The notes under the pieces were generated by a model that saw only the letters and a list, made by a program, of their open reading frames with translations, searched no databases and had not been told where the DNA came from. 64,000 nt of DNA from Heterodontus francisci (taxonomy: Eukaryota). Positions 48,701-60,864 of the stretch are shown here, one piece after another. The first letter of the stretch is position 1, and each line of letters begins with the position of its first letter. A program made the translations under genes and the position numbers. The DNA is taken from the NCBI RefSeq assembly GCF_036365525.1, contig NC_090371.1:164225307-164289306 (forward strand). Reading direction: 5' to 3'.

Positions 48701-48956
48701 AGTCACATGTAGGCCAGACTAGGTAAGGACAGCAGATTTCCTTCCCTTAAGGACATGAGTGAACTAGGTGGTTTTTTACAACAATCGACAATGGTTTAAT
48801 GGCCATCATTAGACTAGCTTTTTAATTCCAGATTTATTAATTGAATTCAAATTCCACCTGCTGCTGTGGTGGGATTCAAACCCATGTCCCCAGCATAATA
48901 CCCTGGGTCTCTGGATTTCTAGTCCAGGGACAATACCACTACGCCACTGCCTCCCC
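45720..48956 (-). mobile_element. Apparently full-length ~3.2 kb LINE (AP endonuclease + RT, no ORF1) with a tRNA-derived SINE-like 5' head; decayed copy
   Basis: Head GGGGAGGCAG-TGGCGTAGTGG...GGTTTGAATCCC; APE motifs KVFLINSWGL, LLITTYCPP, WVGDFN; RT motifs PANYRPISLLS, LDIKAAFDRVWH, GVPRGSALGP, LFADD; tail ATGAATGAATGAAAAAAAA. Confidence 0.88.
48871..48946 (-). promoter_or_regulatory. Type 2 RNA polymerase III internal promoter (A and B boxes) at the LINE 5' end
   Basis: A box TGGCGTAGTGG at 48946-48936; B box GGTTTGAATCCC at 48882-48871 (one change from GGTTCGAATCCC, at a CpG). Confidence 0.75.
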
Positions 48957-49327
48957 TGTCTGTGGATGAGCAATGTCTGCATTATCCAATAATCTGCTAA
49001 AACACTGATGCTGAATGTTGTTATCTAACAGCTTTATGATCATACTGTTAATCTTGTGAAAAGCATATTTTCTTTAATAATCTGTTAGTGCACTGATATT
49101 CCATGTTAATATTGCTACTGAAATGTGGACTATATGTTCCAAAGCAAATGTTGACCCTGATTCTCCAGCAGAATTATTAAAAGTTGAATCTGATAAAATG
49201 GTCTTGGATTTATTGATGCCAACTTTTGCAATTTTACAGATGCCATTATTATGTTTGTTTTCTTATCTCCAAGCTAATGCTAATATTTCTTTTGAAGTGA
49301 CTAAAGTGCTGTTCCATCATCCCCCAG

Positions 49328-49457
49328 GGTGTCCTGTTGGTTTATGACATAACAAACTATCAGAGTTTTGAAAACCTTGAAGATTGGTATGCTGTGGTGA
49401 AGAAAGTAAGTGAGGAATCCGGACAACAACCAGTGGTTGCATTAGTTGGAAATAAAA
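49328..49457 (+). CDS. RAB28: Rab-28 coding exon 4
   Basis: Acceptor CCCCCAG; [43 protein letters not shown]; donor GTAAGT; 130 nt; frame continuous with exon 3. Confidence 0.97.
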
Positions 49458-50705
49458 GTAAGTAATTTGTTATTTTAAGTAGCACACTTAATTTGGAGAA
49501 TGTTAACATCCAAACTCATTTTTAAGACCATTGCACTATGAGTAGTGTCTGATGCCTTTAAATATGAAATCCGGAATCAGAAAAGGTTATTTGGTTCCTC
49601 ATGCCTGTTCCATTCAGAGATGGTGCAATATTATGTTATCAGTAATGCCTCCCACCTACTGATTTCTGAATTTAATTTCTTTTATTTCCCATTTTCTTAA
49701 GAAATAAACACTTTTTAAAAAAAAAAATATCTTCACTCTTCTAGATCAATATAATTCCATTTCCCTATAAAAGATGTCCACTGACCCCAAATCTCTTTTT
49801 TTTTTTTTTGCGGTTTCTGTTCCACATGTCTATCATCCAGTGGTGAAGAAAAGATTTCCCCCTAATTTAACCTGGCAGTAAGGTTTGTGATTTTGTACTT
49901 ACGACCTATAACCCTATATGCGCTGTCCAAGTTAAATAGCTTGCTTCTGTCTTTAATTATTATTGAGGCCTGTGTTCCCTTAGTCCATAGTTTATTTGCT
50001 GCCCATCATAATTTTAATCTCTAAAGCCTAGACTCATCCTGGTCACCTTTTCTCTCCATTTCTAATGCATGTATATCCTTTTGTGATGGGGATAGCATGC
50101 TCCAGAATTGGGCTCACCCACCTGATGAAGCCCAAAATCTGATTTGTCTTCTGGTTAACTACTTCACAATGATCAGAGACTTTCAGTATATGCTCAATGG
50201 TTACTTATCAACCTCTGACTGAATTTACAAAAGAAGATTCTTTCCCGTTACACACATTCTTACTATTATCTGCCCTAAATGTGTTAACCTGTATTTATAT
50301 CCATATTAAAATCCACCTGCTGTGCTGTGCATGTAGTCTTTATATGATGGCTGAATTTTTGTTCTTATCAAAGTGAAGAAGGTTGGTGTTGGGGACTATG
50401 TTACATTTAATCTTATTTTTAAGACTCCGTATCTATATTGAATGTGAGTTGCAGTCTGATTTTTTTTTCAGTATTTTCCCCCTCCAATTTTCTCTCTCCT
50501 GTTAAAGATGCAGTTCCATTGGTATTGATTACTGTTTGGTACCTTGCCAAATTTTCATGTTTTATTTTTGAGTCTATACAGTAGTGTTGACAAGCTGTTC
50601 TATCACGAGGATGATAACCAATCCAAATCCTGTTTTAGCTTCTCGCATGGGCCTTGGATAATTGAGGAACAGAAATCCTAACTGAGCACCCAACATATAT
50701 TTAAA

Positions 50706-51443
50706 TGTTTACCCGGTTACCAATAGGGTTAATCATATACTCTTTATCCCAGAATAAAATGAGGCAACCAAGTTTCTTAAATAAACAACAAAATTAGCAG
50801 TTTATTATAAAACAAGACTTTTCCAGTAATGTTACAAAGCATTAACAGATTGAAATATGTAAGTTCCCTTTTACCTTAGACACACACACGTTAACCGAAA
50901 AATAGACATTTCCTTTGATATGTTGTGTCCCAAAATGGCATATAGCCTGGCAGCCAAATACATGTAGATGGGTCACTGGAATCTTTTTTGGAGCAGTTCT
51001 TTTCAGGCAGTGTCGAGAATTAATCTGGCAAGCTTTCCAGGAGCTCCTCAGGAAAAATGTGGCATTTTACAGAGACAAGAGGAAGGAGGCAAGCTGGGTT
51101 TTTCTCTCTTGGCAGGTTGATCTCCAACACAGTCCTCACCCCGACTGCACCAAAACTATCGCTCAGATGTGAAACCAAACAGCAAGTCATAACCTCCTGA
51201 CCCTCAAAAATCGTGACATGTCACTTCTCTGTAAACATCTCCCCCAAGTCACCAAGGTTTCTTTTGTTTATTGAGCTTAAGGCATGTGACTTCCAGTAAA
51301 TATTGTTTTCAAACAAGACCCCAAGTGTCCTTCCGGGACCTTTTTTAAACAAAGTCCAACATCTACTTCAGTTCTCCAATGAATCCATCTCCACAATTGA
51401 CACACAAATCCTCAAAAGAAAATTTAGAAGCAGCTTCATAACA
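50706..51443. mobile_element. Possible solo LTR
   Basis: TG...CATAACA ends and general resemblance to the other solo LTRs; no TSD recognised. Confidence 0.4.
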
Positions 51444-52298
51444 CATGAAGTACATATCTTGAGGCTAATAGATCACGCACACAGATTAATTCAACAGACC
51501 AATAAATTGTATAAAACTCAATCTGTGGATCTTGGGGTTCTGATTTTGGATTTATTTTGCCATTGCAGTAACAATACAAAAGAACAGCCCTTTCAAACCT
51601 GTGTGTAAAACATAAATGTAAATAGAACTGAGCTGCTTCAGCTCCTTGGACTGGATTGCTGAGAATGGAAATGGCTCTAGCCCTATTGGACGAATAAGCC
51701 TGTTTTATTCTGAGAGACCCCTTTACAAAGTATGGTCATTGGGTCTTGAGGATAAAAGATAGATTATTAACCTATTTAAAAGGAAGGTAGTCATAAAGGA
51801 GCAAAGTAGCAATAGTGGGATTAAGTGGGATACCCCAGGGCAATGTGTTGGGACTAGCCTGCTGTGAGTGGTGTGTGTGCGAAATCTGAATAGCTTAAAT
51901 TTGGGGAGAATATTTAAGCTGGTGGGGCTGTGACATGCGGGATGGGAGCCCAATCTTAAAGCGAACTTAATGAAGTTCGGCTGATTAGTAGCATTAGCTG
52001 ATTTAGTATCACAATATCTTAAACAGTGTGAAGTAGTTAAAAATATAGCAAGTGAATGCTGAGTTACATCTCCAAATCAGTTGAGTTCATGTCCCAGAGA
52101 CCATGCTGAAACTCTGCTTTGCTTTGGTCAGGTTGTATCTACATTTCTAATCACGATGTGAGGGAATCCTTTTGAGAGCTAGAAGCAGTGTAGGGGAAAA
52201 CAATGAGTGACTTCACTGTCAAAGAGAAGAAGCATAACTAATACCTTGGTGACTTGCGGCTCTTCAAGCTCAGAGAGGACTTCATGGAGGTATATGGC

Positions 52299-53376
52299 TG
52301 TCACGCTCACGCAAGGAACAGTTATGAACTAAAGTGAACTGGAGCAATTATGAAATGAAAAAAAAAAATGAACTGATGAACTAAACTCCAAAAAACGGAC
52401 ACTCTTTTTCTGCAGACAAGATAGAGCAAGAGGTCAGCTGACCTCCTATACTGCAAATATACATAGTAACTGTTGGAGACTAAACCCATCATGTCTGGAC
52501 TAGTCCTGGGGAAGGCACATTAAAATGCTAAACACTCATTCAATGCTAAATGGCTCCTATCTTCTAAAATTAGGTTGAACAAGGCCTTCACAGACAGAGC
52601 GACTCTGGATTCAAAGGTAAGATAATAGATGGGACATAAAACCACTTTATCAAGATAAGCCACATTCAAGCCCCATTGGGTAACAATGGCCACATGTTCA
52701 AAGACATTGTTTGAACACACCAGGGGAGAGCATCTATGGTTACCTGATCGAAATCAAGCTCGATAAGGTTTTTCTTTTTTAAAAAAAAAAGCACTCTCTG
52801 AAAGACAGACACAGAAAGCAGGTCATTCAGGAAGCAGACAGATCCTTTCCAGCCAAGAAGAAGTCCGTCTGTAATGTATTTAAACCACAGAAGCAGAGAC
52901 TGCAAGGTGACCTTGAAAACTCCCCACCTGAGAAATCATAACAGGATTCTCACCACTGACTTTGACTGAATCTTAACCAGAGGAGTCTGCAATTCTTCAA
53001 TGAACCAAGAAAAGAAACACCAGGCCTGCAATGTTTTTAAAAAAAAAATCCTCCTGGAAAACCAAGAAGGTTTCAAAATGAACACTCTTTTGTACAACAA
53101 TCTGACTTAAATTCATGCTATTCTCGAATCCCTCTAATCTCTATCTCTTCTTGTGCATGTACATCTGAGAGTTGGTGAGATGGTGAATATTTTTGGGTAT
53201 TGTTTAGTAAATAATTTATCTATCTTTTTAATCCAACGAGAGAACCTGCTGTGTATGTCTGTTGATTTCATCCTTGTGCGTTTTCGAGGTGAAATAAATA
53301 TTTTTAAAAAAATGCTGTCTGCAGTTATTTGGGAGGTGAAAAGTGGAGTCATCTACACCATCTCCCTTGTCTAACA
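52299..53376 (+). mobile_element. Solo LTR (~1.08 kb) inserted in an old CR1 fragment
   Basis: TGTCACG...CTAACA; 5-bp TSD ATGGC/ATGAC; 3' part resembles 41580-41890. Confidence 0.7.
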
Positions 53377-53425
53377 ATGACACTTAATTGGATAGAGAAG
53401 ATTAAATAATTCAGATACACTTGAG

Positions 53426-54527
53426 CAGGGTTGTCCAACATACGGACCGTGGGCCAGCATCCGGGCCGCCAAAGATTTCCAACTGGCCCTCGGATGTCTT
53501 CTTTCAGACCAGCTTTCTAAAAGATGGCGCTGTCAGTTTCACAGCTGCTGAAATCGGGAACAGCAGTTTTTGAACTTTGGACAGTGTTACGACCAACCGC
53601 TCAAGTCAAAGCCCCCAATCAAAATATACAATTCTGATGGTGGGAGAAATGCACTGTTGATTCAGTCCTGTCTCTCCACAGATCACCTAACCTACCATTT
53701 TAAACTTTCAAAATTAAAGAATGACCCAGCCAAATTGTACCATCGATCATCCCCTGAATGAGGATAACCAAACCAGGTATCTTTAGATCAACAAATTAAC
53801 TGCTTAATTAGAAAAACTAAATAAGATATAAAAGAGTCCTTTTGTATATTTACGTTCCTGCCGAAGTGAAATCTTCCAATGTGGAATAGTCCAAGGTTGC
53901 TTGAAGTCCTCACAGCCATCTGATGGGGGAAAGAAAAGGTTCTTCAACAGTAGAACAGTCCGTAGTCTAATTCAGCAGTTGAATTGATGCTCTTTTCCAG
54001 CGATGAATTTCAACAATTACAGTTCAGTAGTTAAAGGAATTTGGTTATTTTCTGTTAAGAAATTAATCTGGCTTGACATCAGAATTCTGAGAGTATAATA
54101 AATAAGAGCGCTCTCATTTCCTTCATTATATGCTGGTCCAGTTGTTTGTCTGTGTCTCTGTAAAATAACAGTTTTTCAGCTAGTTTCAAATGTCAATTGG
54201 CAACAATGTATCTCGTGTTTTTGGTCCTGAGTGGCTGTATCCTATGTCAACAAGAATGCATTTTTTGACTCCGTCTCGGAGTGGCTCTATCCCGGGACAA
54301 TAAGAATGCATTCTTTGACTCAATATTTGGAACTTGTTGCCTTAAGGTAGTACTGCTCCTTTTCCAGCCTTAAAGGCACACCGCATTCTTCCCAGAAAAA
54401 AAACTACAGGATCATAACAGATTTGGGGTTTTTCGGCAGGTTCTGACATTTTTGCAAAAGCCCGCTGGAAAATCTGTCTGAAGGTCAGAAACTGCCATTC
54501 TCCAAGTGAAAAGGTTGGACAACCCTG
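53426..54527. mobile_element. hAT (Charlie-like) non-autonomous transposon containing a nested solo LTR
   Basis: Perfect 14-bp TIR CAGGGTTGTCCAAC / GTTGGACAACCCTG; 8-bp TSD CACTTGAG/CATTAGAG. Confidence 0.85.
53585..54419. mobile_element. Solo LTR nested in the hAT element
   Basis: TGTTACGA...TCATAACA inverted termini; internal ~50-bp tandem duplication near 54230-54320. Confidence 0.6.
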
Positions 54528-55149
54528 CATTAGAGCAACAAGACCAAAGGACACAAGTTCAGGGATGTAAAGGGTAAATTTAGGATGGATGTCGGGAAGT
54601 ACTTCTGTAGGGTAATCAGCTAGAAAGTTGAAAAAAAAACAGTGGTTGAGGACAATACACGTGGCTCATTTTTAAAAAGGACCTAAATATTGTAATGGAA
54701 AGGTTTAGTATTTGGGAAGGAGGAGACAAGTTGTGTTGAAAGACCTTCATCCGAACCCATCTTGTGATGAAGCTTTAATATTGGAAAAACATGAAAAACT
54801 CTACAAAAGCTACTCTTCAGCCTTGAAAGGAAATGAATGAGATGGCATCTTGGACAGCAAGGCAATGTATTGAGTAACTTTTATATGACACTAAGTAGAC
54901 TTAAAAAAAAAAAAGGTTAATCTGGAGTACTGTTTCAGGTAAATCATGGCAGTGGGGAAAAGGGGACATAAGTACAAGTTCAAGACGGATCATACCTAAA
55001 ATAACTTTCTGGTTAACATAGTGGAGGAAAAGAACTCTGGAATTATTCCAGAGGAAGTTGGATGTAATGGAGGTAGGCAATCAAATCTACCTTATTTGGA
55101 AGGATGATCCAACGATCCTTAAAATTGATTTATAAATTTCCCTCCTAGA

Positions 55150-55580
55150 ATATAACGTGTAATAGGAGTAGGAGAAGGACATATGGCCCATCAAGCCTTC
55201 TCTGCCATTCAATAAAGTCATGGCTGAACTTCTACATTAACTCAAGTTTCCCGCCCTATCTCCATATACTTTGATTCCTTTTGTGCCCAAAAATCTATCT
55301 ATTTCAGTCTTGAATATACCCATCGACTGGGCATCCACTGCTCTCTGGGGTAGAGAATTCGAAAGATTCAACCCTCAGTTAAGAAGTTTCCCCTCATCTC
55401 ATCCTAAATGACCAATCCTTTATCCTGAGATTATGACTCCTAGTTCTAGACTTTCCAGTTAGCACAAAGAGTCAGTGTCTCCTCTGTCAAGCCCTCTTAA
55501 GAATTTTATATGTTTCAGAGAGATCACCTCTTGTTCTTCACTCCAAAAATATAGGCCAATTCTAATCAATATCTCCTCAT
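55150..55580 (-). mobile_element. CR1 3' end fragment
   Basis: Reverse complement of CR1 RT C-terminus and 3' UTR. Confidence 0.75.
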
Positions 55581-56035
55581 AGAACAGCCAATTATGGCAT
55601 CGTATAGGGCATGCATGGTTGAAAATATGATTAGTCACCAAATTTCCAAATGGTTAGTGGAGTATATTTTTACATTGCTATCACTTAGGCAGTATTTTTG
55701 TTGGTATGTATTCAGGATCATTTGATTTTCTGTACAGCCACATTTGGGTTAACTTCAAGGTTAATTGATGGATCGTTTGTAAAGTTACCACTTTGAACAA
55801 TTCTCAGACTTCCATCAACCATATGTGACCTACTTATTTTAAAGTCTGTGCTGACTATTCATTTTTGGTTTCTAGCATTTTTCTATTTCTCCTTTTAGTA
55901 GGAATTTCATTTTTTTTCTATGATCAAGAACTTGTCTACATTCCCTGGACTTGTACTATCTCCCTTTTTTTAGGTATAATGTTGGCTATCTGCCAGTCCC
56001 CTGGCATTAGACCTTTTTTCTAATGAATTATTCAT

Positions 56036-57518
56036 AGCAGGACTAGCTGTGACCCTAGCGAAACTGTTCCAGTACAGCGACAACACTGCCTCTACCTGAC
56101 AATGTGGAGGATTGCCCAGGTGTGTTCTATCCACAAAAAGCAGGGCAAATCCAACCCGGCCAATTACCGCCCTATCAGTCTACTCTTGATCATCAGCAAA
56201 GTGATGGAAGGTGTCGTCAACAGTGCTATCAAGTGCCACTTAAAAGATACCTCCTCACCAATGCTCAGCTTGGGTTCCGCCAGGGTCATTTGGCTCCTGA
56301 TCTAATTACAGCCTTGGTCCAAACAGGGACATAACAGCTGAACTCGAGGTGAGAGTGATTGCCCTTGATATCAAGACAGTATTTGACAGAGTGTGACATC
56401 AAGGAGTCTGAGCCAAACCTCAGTCAATGGAAACCAAGGGGAAACCTCTGCACTGGTTGGAGTCATATCTAGCACAAAGGAAGATGGTTGTGGTTGTTGG
56501 AAGCCAATCATGTGAGCCCCAGGGTATTGTTGAAAGAGTTCCTCGGGGTAATGTCAGAGGCCCAACCATCTTCAGCTGCTTCATAAATGACCTCCCTCCC
56601 TCATGAGGTCAGAAGTGGGGAGTTTTGCAGATGATTGCACAATGTTCAGTACTATTCGCAACTCCTCATACTGGAGCAGTCCGTGTTCGTATACAGCAAG
56701 AATTGGACAGCATTCAGGCTTGGGCTGATAAGTGGCAAGTAACATTAGTGCCACACAAGTGCCAAACAATGACTATCTCCAATAAGAGAGAATCTAAACA
56801 TTTCCCCAACAGTTAATGGCATTACCATCGCTGAATTCCCCCACGATCAACATCCTGGGTGTGACCAAAGACCAGAAACTGAACTGGACCAGCCGCATCA
56901 ATACTGTGACGACAAGAGCATGTCAGAGACTGGGAATTCTGTGACGAGTAATCCACATCCTGACTTCCCAAAGCCTGTACACCATCTACAAGACACAAGT
57001 CAGGAGTGTGATGTAATACTGTCCACTGCCTGGATGGTGCATCCAACAACATTCAAGAAGTTCGACCATATCCAGGACAAATCGGCCTGCCTGATTGGCA
57101 CCCCTTCCACCACCTTGAACGTTCACTCCCTCTACCGCCGACCCACAGTGGCAGCAGTGTGTACAATATACAAGATGCACTGCAGCAACTCTGCACGCCT
57201 CCTTCGACAGCACCTTCCAAACCCGCAACCTCTTCCACCTCGAAGGACAAGGACAGTCAATGCATGGGTACACCACCATCTGCAAGTTCCCCTTCAAATC
57301 ACACACCATCCTGACTTGGAAATATATCTCCGTTCCTTCACTGTCGCTGGATCAAAATATTGGAACTCCCTCCCTAACAGAACTGTGGATGTACCCGCAC
57401 CAGATGGACTGCAGCGGTTCAAGAAAGCAGCTCACCACCTCCTCAAGGGCAATTGGGGATGGGCAACAAATGCTGGCCTTGGCAGTGATACCCACATCCC
57501 ATGAAAGAATAAAAAAAA
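56036..57518 (+). mobile_element. 5'-truncated copy of the tRNA-headed LINE family, inserted in an old minus-strand CR1 (~55940-58780)
   Basis: KSNPANYRPISLL, FADDCTMF, same 3' UTR and CACATCCCATGAAAGAATAAAAAAA tail as 45720-48956. Confidence 0.85.
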
Positions 57519-59744
57519 TCTCTAGATTCTTCCAAAATGCATGAATGCAATCCATCTGGACCAGGGGTTTTATACGCTCCAAGTTTGATTAGTTTATTTA
57601 ACATTTTTTTTATTTTATTTTAAGTGCAGTTCTGTCATTTCTAATCTCATTTTCTGATGTCGTGTCCACCTGATCTGTCTCCCTGATTTAAATACTGAAA
57701 CAGAGTAATTGACGTTTTCTGCCATTTTGCTATTGCTACCTATGATTTTTATCCTGTTGATCCCTTAGTGGCCCTACTCTCATCCCAACCAACTTTTTAA
57801 ATTTATATGCCTGTGTAATACTTTACTATTTTGTTTTATGCTCCTTGACAATTTAATTTCATAATTCCACTTTGCCTTCTAATTGTTTTTTGACTTTTCT
57901 CCAAACTTCTTAGTATTCTCACTTGTCATGCTCTCCCCTGCTGTCCATGTACTTAGTGTATACCTCTTTCCTTGCCCTCCATTTTTAATTTTTCCCTCCT
58001 AATCTTTATTCACCCATGGTATCAGTTAGTGTTTAGTTTGTTTTTTAGCAGCATCTATTTTCCTGGAATTGGTTGAACACCATTTTGAATATTTTCAGTT
58101 GCTGTCCTACACCATTTTTTGCCACTATTCATTTTATTTTCCCAAATTCTGCTCTGAGCTCCTCCAAAATTGGCTTTTCTCCAGTTTCTTACCCTGGTCT
58201 TTATTATGCTTATGTCCTTTTCAATTATTGCCTTTTTAAAGCATCCCATGTTTATGTGCACTATTGCCTAGATGATCCCCTACTTTTACTTCTCTTATCT
58301 GTTCTGGTTCATTCTACACTACCAGATCCAGCAGCAAATCCTCCCTTGTTGGGCTTCAGGCACACTATTGGAAAGGAGTCCTGTACACATTGTATTGTGG
58401 AAATGCCTTATCCCTGTTACCTACCCCTTCTGGTCAATTAATTTCAGGGTAGTTGAAATCCCACATGATTATTATTTGTTTTGTTTTTCTACTTTTACTA
58501 ATTTGTTTGCATGTTTCTTTTTCCACCTCCCATCCATGATGAGGTGGTCTGTAGACTTAGTATTAGTGTGATTGATCCTTTATTATCTTTTATCTCCATC
58601 CACATGGATTCTGTTTCCATCTTACTGATGGCTATGTCACTTTTTTCTATTGTTACCTCTAATAAATATAGCTACTACACCTCTTTTTCCCTAACTTTTC
58701 TAAATATTTTATACCTTACAATGTTTAATTCCCAGGATTGATTACTTCACAGGCCAATTTTATGACCTCCAAGTAAGTCTGTTGAATTACAAGCAGTCTT
58801 GTACTATAAGCCTGCACACAAAATGGCCTGCAGTTTCTGCTTGATTGTACTGTATTTCCCTCCCGTCGTAATCGCCGCAAAATTTTAAGCGTAAACTATC
58901 AGACCCGCAAAAACATTTCCGGTGCAATTAGTTTCTTTATTGCAACAGTACTTCTTTAAATCTCCATTTCATCCTTCCCATGCCATCCCCCTCTTGCCAT
59001 ACCAATCCCAAACCTTTCATCCCCCATCCCACCCCTCCTTCCTTTGCCATCCTGATCCTCCATTTCTACCCCTCTGTGCATTCCACCCCTCCCCCACCCC
59101 CATGCAAGTAGAGTCCCTCCAACCCCTGTGTCCCTACCCCCGTGCTTCCCCGCCCCACCCACGCGAAGTCTCCACGTGCTCTTTCCACCACCCCCCCCCC
59201 CAGCTTTGTGAATTTAAACATCAGTCAGTAAATGTTATTTTACACAAGATGTTTTAGTACTTTTATGCACTGTTTAGGACAGTTGCCATCAGTGCTGTAA
59301 CAGCTATTGCAGTTTATTATTCCATGCAAGGAAGCTTAAACCTTGAGTAGATAAAATCAGGTTGAGAAGAGGTGAAATGTACAATCTAGGATTAGTGTAT
59401 AAAAAGTTCAATGGGAGTTAAAAGGGCTTGTGCTAACTTTTGGCTGTGGCGGAAAGTTGGCGGCTGTATAGTTGGCAGCTATTCCACGCTGTCTGTTTTC
59501 TGCCAATGCCAAAAGTTAAAATCAGCCCTAAAATCTTTAGGTTATAAGCTACAAGCATATTTTGCGGAAAGAAAGGCAGACTATTTATTCTGGGTTCTGA
59601 TTTGCTGCTTGAAGTGCAATTGAACTCTGACTTTACCCCAGACAGTTGTCTCACCGAGCTGAGATTCTGTTCATTTAAAATGGTTAGAATTTGTGGCCTT
59701 AAAAAGACTCCTTAGCAGGCGACTAATATATTGTGAATTACATT

Positions 59745-60405
59745 TTACAATGGTCAGCAATTAGGAAGGCACATGACATGTTGGTCTTTATTGCAAGGGG
59801 ATTGGAGTATAAGAATTAGGAAGTCTTGCTACATTTGTACAGTGTTTTGGTAAGACCATACCTAAAGTACCTTGCATAGTTTTGATTTCCATATCTAAGG
59901 AAGGATATACTTCCATTGGAGGCAGTATAGCTAAAGTTCACTAGATTTTTTATTAGGATGAGAGAGTTGTCCTTTGATAAGAGGCTGAGTAAATTGGACC
60001 TATACTCTCTGGAGTTTAGAAAGTGAGAGGTGATCTCGTTGAAACATACAAGATTCTGAAGTGGCTTGACAGTGTAGACAGCAGTGGTTGTTTCCCCTGG
60101 CTGGGGTAGCTAGAGCATGGCACAGTCTCAGGATAAGGAGTCAATCATTTAAGACTGAGATGAGGAGAAATTTCTTCACTTAAAGGGTTGTGTATCTTTG
60201 GAATTCTCTACCTCAGAGGATGGTGGATGCTCTAGTGTTGACTATATTTAAGGCTAAGATACACGTTTTTGGTCTTGAGGAATCGAGGGATACGGGGAGC
60301 AGGCGGGAAAGTGGAGTTGAGGCAGAAGAGCAGCCATGATCGTATTGAATGGCGGAGCAGGCTCGAGGGGCCATATGGTCTACTTCTATTTCTCAGTTCT
60401 TATTA
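59745..60405 (+). mobile_element. CR1 LINE 3' end
   Basis: RT C-terminus plus 3' UTR GAATGGCGGAGCAGGCTCGAGGGGCC. Confidence 0.85.
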
Positions 60406-60864
60406 AATTTAAAAAAAAAAAAGCCCATCATTCAATTTAATATGACCAATGCCACAAGAACTGTATATAAAATATGTACATTAAATATCTGTCTGCATCG
60501 AGTTCCTGGTAACTCTTAATTATAAATTCCTGTGCCCACATTTACAATGGAAACTGCTTGTGGATATGGCGAAGATTACATAGTGAAAAAAGGACAGAAG
60601 TGGGAAAGGACAGAGAAAATATTATTCAGGATATATTTATTCAGGGTATAGAGATGACTTATTATGTCTCTAAATCTCCACTTATTCTATGTTCAAAACT
60701 GCATTTTAGAGGTAGCTTGGGAAGCAAACTCATTGTGACATGAAGTTCAGCCAGTTGACATTGTAATTGGGTAACTATACCAACAATTCATTGCAATGTT
60801 CATTATATGAATGGCCAGAGCATTCTCATGCCATGGGAGGAGATGTTCGACTGAAATGTTTTAT

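Noticed and set aside
58820-59470. Possible TIR element around the C-rich tract
   Set aside because: Only weak terminal complementarity and no TSD; not supportable by eye.
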